Shown in pieces: positions 37,686-39,319 of a stretch of DNA of 39,319 nt. The notes beneath the pieces were generated by a model. That model had not been told where the DNA came from. It saw nothing but the letters and a program-made list of their open reading frames with translations, and did not search any database. How positions within the stretch are numbered: position 1 is the first letter of the stretch; each line of letters opens with the position of its first letter. The position numbers and the translations under genes were made by a program. Origin of the DNA: Candidatus Woesearchaeota archaeon (GTDB taxonomy: Archaea; Nanobdellota; Nanobdellia; Woesearchaeales; CAZJJJ01); assembly GCA_046538795.1 (NCBI GenBank), contig JBKHIF010000003.1, positions 1 to 39,319 on the forward strand, written 5' to 3'.

Positions 37686-39032
37686 TCATTTTTTTCTTTT
37701 CCTGAAACCTACAAGAAATTCCTGGACTCCTCGTGGAGCCATCGTGAACATCTCGATCATCATCTTAGGATATGTTGTGTGTTCTACAATGCGCAGTTCT
37801 GTCAAAAATTTCATCACAGGCACTGCCAATAATAATCTTATGACGCCTGAGATCAGGAAAACTGCAATAAATCCTGAACCCATAAATGTTATATTCTCAA
37901 CCACAAGACCTCCCAAAAGGCTTCCTGCAAATAATCCTAGTCCTCTGTAAAACTGAAGATATGTCGTATATCTTGTCCTGTCGCCTTTTCCAGTCACATC
38001 ATAAGTGAAATTAAGAGAAGATATGTCAAATCCGGCCCAAGCAATCCCTGCAAATATCTGGAGTATCATCACAGGAAACAAGGATCTTGGAAAGATCCAG
38101 GAAAAAGGAAGCACTGAGATGAACAATCCTGAAAGCGCAAGTATCTTCTTGTTTCCATAGCGATCCCCAAAATATCCCCACATAGGCATAGCTATGAATT
38201 TTGCAATAGCAACCACAGATGTTGCAACCATGAAATCAAAATAGCTGAAATTAAGCCTGTTTAGCATGTATGGCGTAAGATACGGAGCCATGAAAAATGT
38301 TCCAAAATAAAGCAGAAAATTATACAGTACAAATTTGCCTCTGTTAGTCGTTACGATTTCTCGTGTAAACTTTACAAAATCAAGTCTTCCTTCTTTTGGC
38401 TCTTCATATTCTACATCATACTTCAGACTTAAGAATAACATAGAAAGAAAACTTCCGATGAATCCTACAAAAAAAAGTATCATAAATCCTATGAGAGTAT
38501 TATTAACCATTTCAAAATAATCAAGTATCAAACCTGCACCGACTACAGATATAAGGCTTACCAGATTTCCTATCCTGTTTCTTTTTCCAAAATAAGCACC
38601 TCTCTTATTCTCATCTACAAGATCACCCATCCAGGATGTCCAGGCAGGTACGCTCCCAAAGTTCAGAATAAAATATAATGCAATCAAAGCAATAAGTATC
38701 CACACCCTATATTCTCCCATGAAAAATACAAATATCAGCGGCAAAAAAAGAAAAGTCCTGATAAGAGCTGCAATAACCATCATCTTTTTTCGTGACTTAA
38801 AAAATTCAATAAATTTGTTTGAAAAAAGCTGTATTATGGAACCAAGAAACATAGGAACAGAAGTTACGATACCTGTCTGGAATGTAGTTGCCTTAAGAAA
38901 TACTGCAAATGCCTGGAAATAGTTTTCACAAGCACCCATCATGACAGAGAAAAAACTCCCGTCTAATACAGAATAATTAAGACTTTTTCTTATTTTGTCA
39001 TCTATTATAGGATCATCATGTTTATTATGCAT
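37686..39032 (-). CDS. MFS transporter
   Basis: About 12 hydrophobic segments; WMGDLVDENKRGAYFG, WGYFGDRYGNKKIL. Confidence 0.92.
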   Translation of the reverse strand: MHNKHDDPIIDDKIRKSLNYSVLDGSFFSVMMGACENYFQAFAVFLKATTFQTGIVTSVPMFLGSIIQLFSNKFIEFFKSRKKMMVIAALIRTFLFLPLIFVFFMGEYRVWILIALIALYFILNFGSVPAWTSWMGDLVDENKRGAYFGKRNRIGNLVSLISVVGAGLILDYFEMVNNTLIGFMILFFVGFIGSFLSMLFLSLKYDVEYEEPKEGRLDFVKFTREIVTTNRGKFVLYNFLLYFGTFFMAPYLTPYMLNRLNFSYFDFMVATSVVAIAKFIAMPMWGYFGDRYGNKKILALSGLFISVLPFSWIFPRSLFPVMILQIFAGIAWAGFDISSLNFTYDVTGKGDRTRYTTYLQFYRGLGLFAGSLLGGLVVENITFMGSGFIAVFLISGVIRLLLAVPVMKFLTELRIVEHTTYPKMMIEMFTMAPRGVQEFLVGFRKRKK

Positions 39033-39133
39033 CTTACAACAACTATTGAGAATCGTAACTTGAAAAGATATGGTTTATAATGCTTTCTGTTTAGAAAAAA
39101 TTTTGTGTTATCTGCAAAAAATTTTGGAAAAAT

Positions 39134-39319
39134 CTACTCTTCTTCGTTTGTTTCATCAGAATCTGATTCTGAAAGATTAGATCCTGATTCAGGTTCGGAT
39201 TCTGTCTCTTCACCTACTTTTTCAAGATCATCATCTTCATCTTCTTGGTTTATTGGTTTCATATTTTCTTCAGCATATATCACTTTTGCTGCAGCAACAA
39301 CTTCATCTTCTGATGCAAG
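39134..39319 (-). CDS. C-terminus of a gene starting outside the window, probably DNA gyrase subunit A
   Basis: Manual translation LASEDEVVAAAKVIYAEE followed by a long acidic tail to TAG; resembles the last GyrA CTD blade plus acidic tail. Confidence 0.6.
   Translation of the reverse strand, partial: LASEDEVVAAAKVIYAEENMKPINQEDEDDDLEKVGEETESEPESGSNLSESDSDETNEEE

Overview
AT-rich archaeal DNA, most likely a DPANN (Woesearchaeota-like) organism. This is inferred from the thermosome, Dph5, ATP-dependent DNA ligase, FtsZ2-type FtsZ, BHB-intron tRNAs, BRE/TATA promoters and a probable GyrA tail. The housekeeping flanks (about 1-6.8 kb and 21.7-39.3 kb) surround a visibly more AT-rich accessory block (about 6.9-21.7 kb). 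That block holds five intact radical SAM genes, a sixth radical SAM fragment cut by an IS481-family element, and glycosylation genes. Two candidate undescribed systems stand out. (1) An unannotated 24-codon ORF with its own TATA box heads an apparent operon with an M50 peptidase and a PqqD/RRE-bearing radical SAM/SPASM enzyme, a possible archaeal RiPP pathway. (2) Both intron-containing tRNA-Gln genes are followed by 92-bp and 96-bp tandem repeats. Each unit restarts at the same T-loop base, carries an antisense copy of its own tRNA's 3' arm, and has two structurally conserved hairpins; a probable integrase remnant follows the first array. All assignments were made by eye from motifs; no database searches were run.
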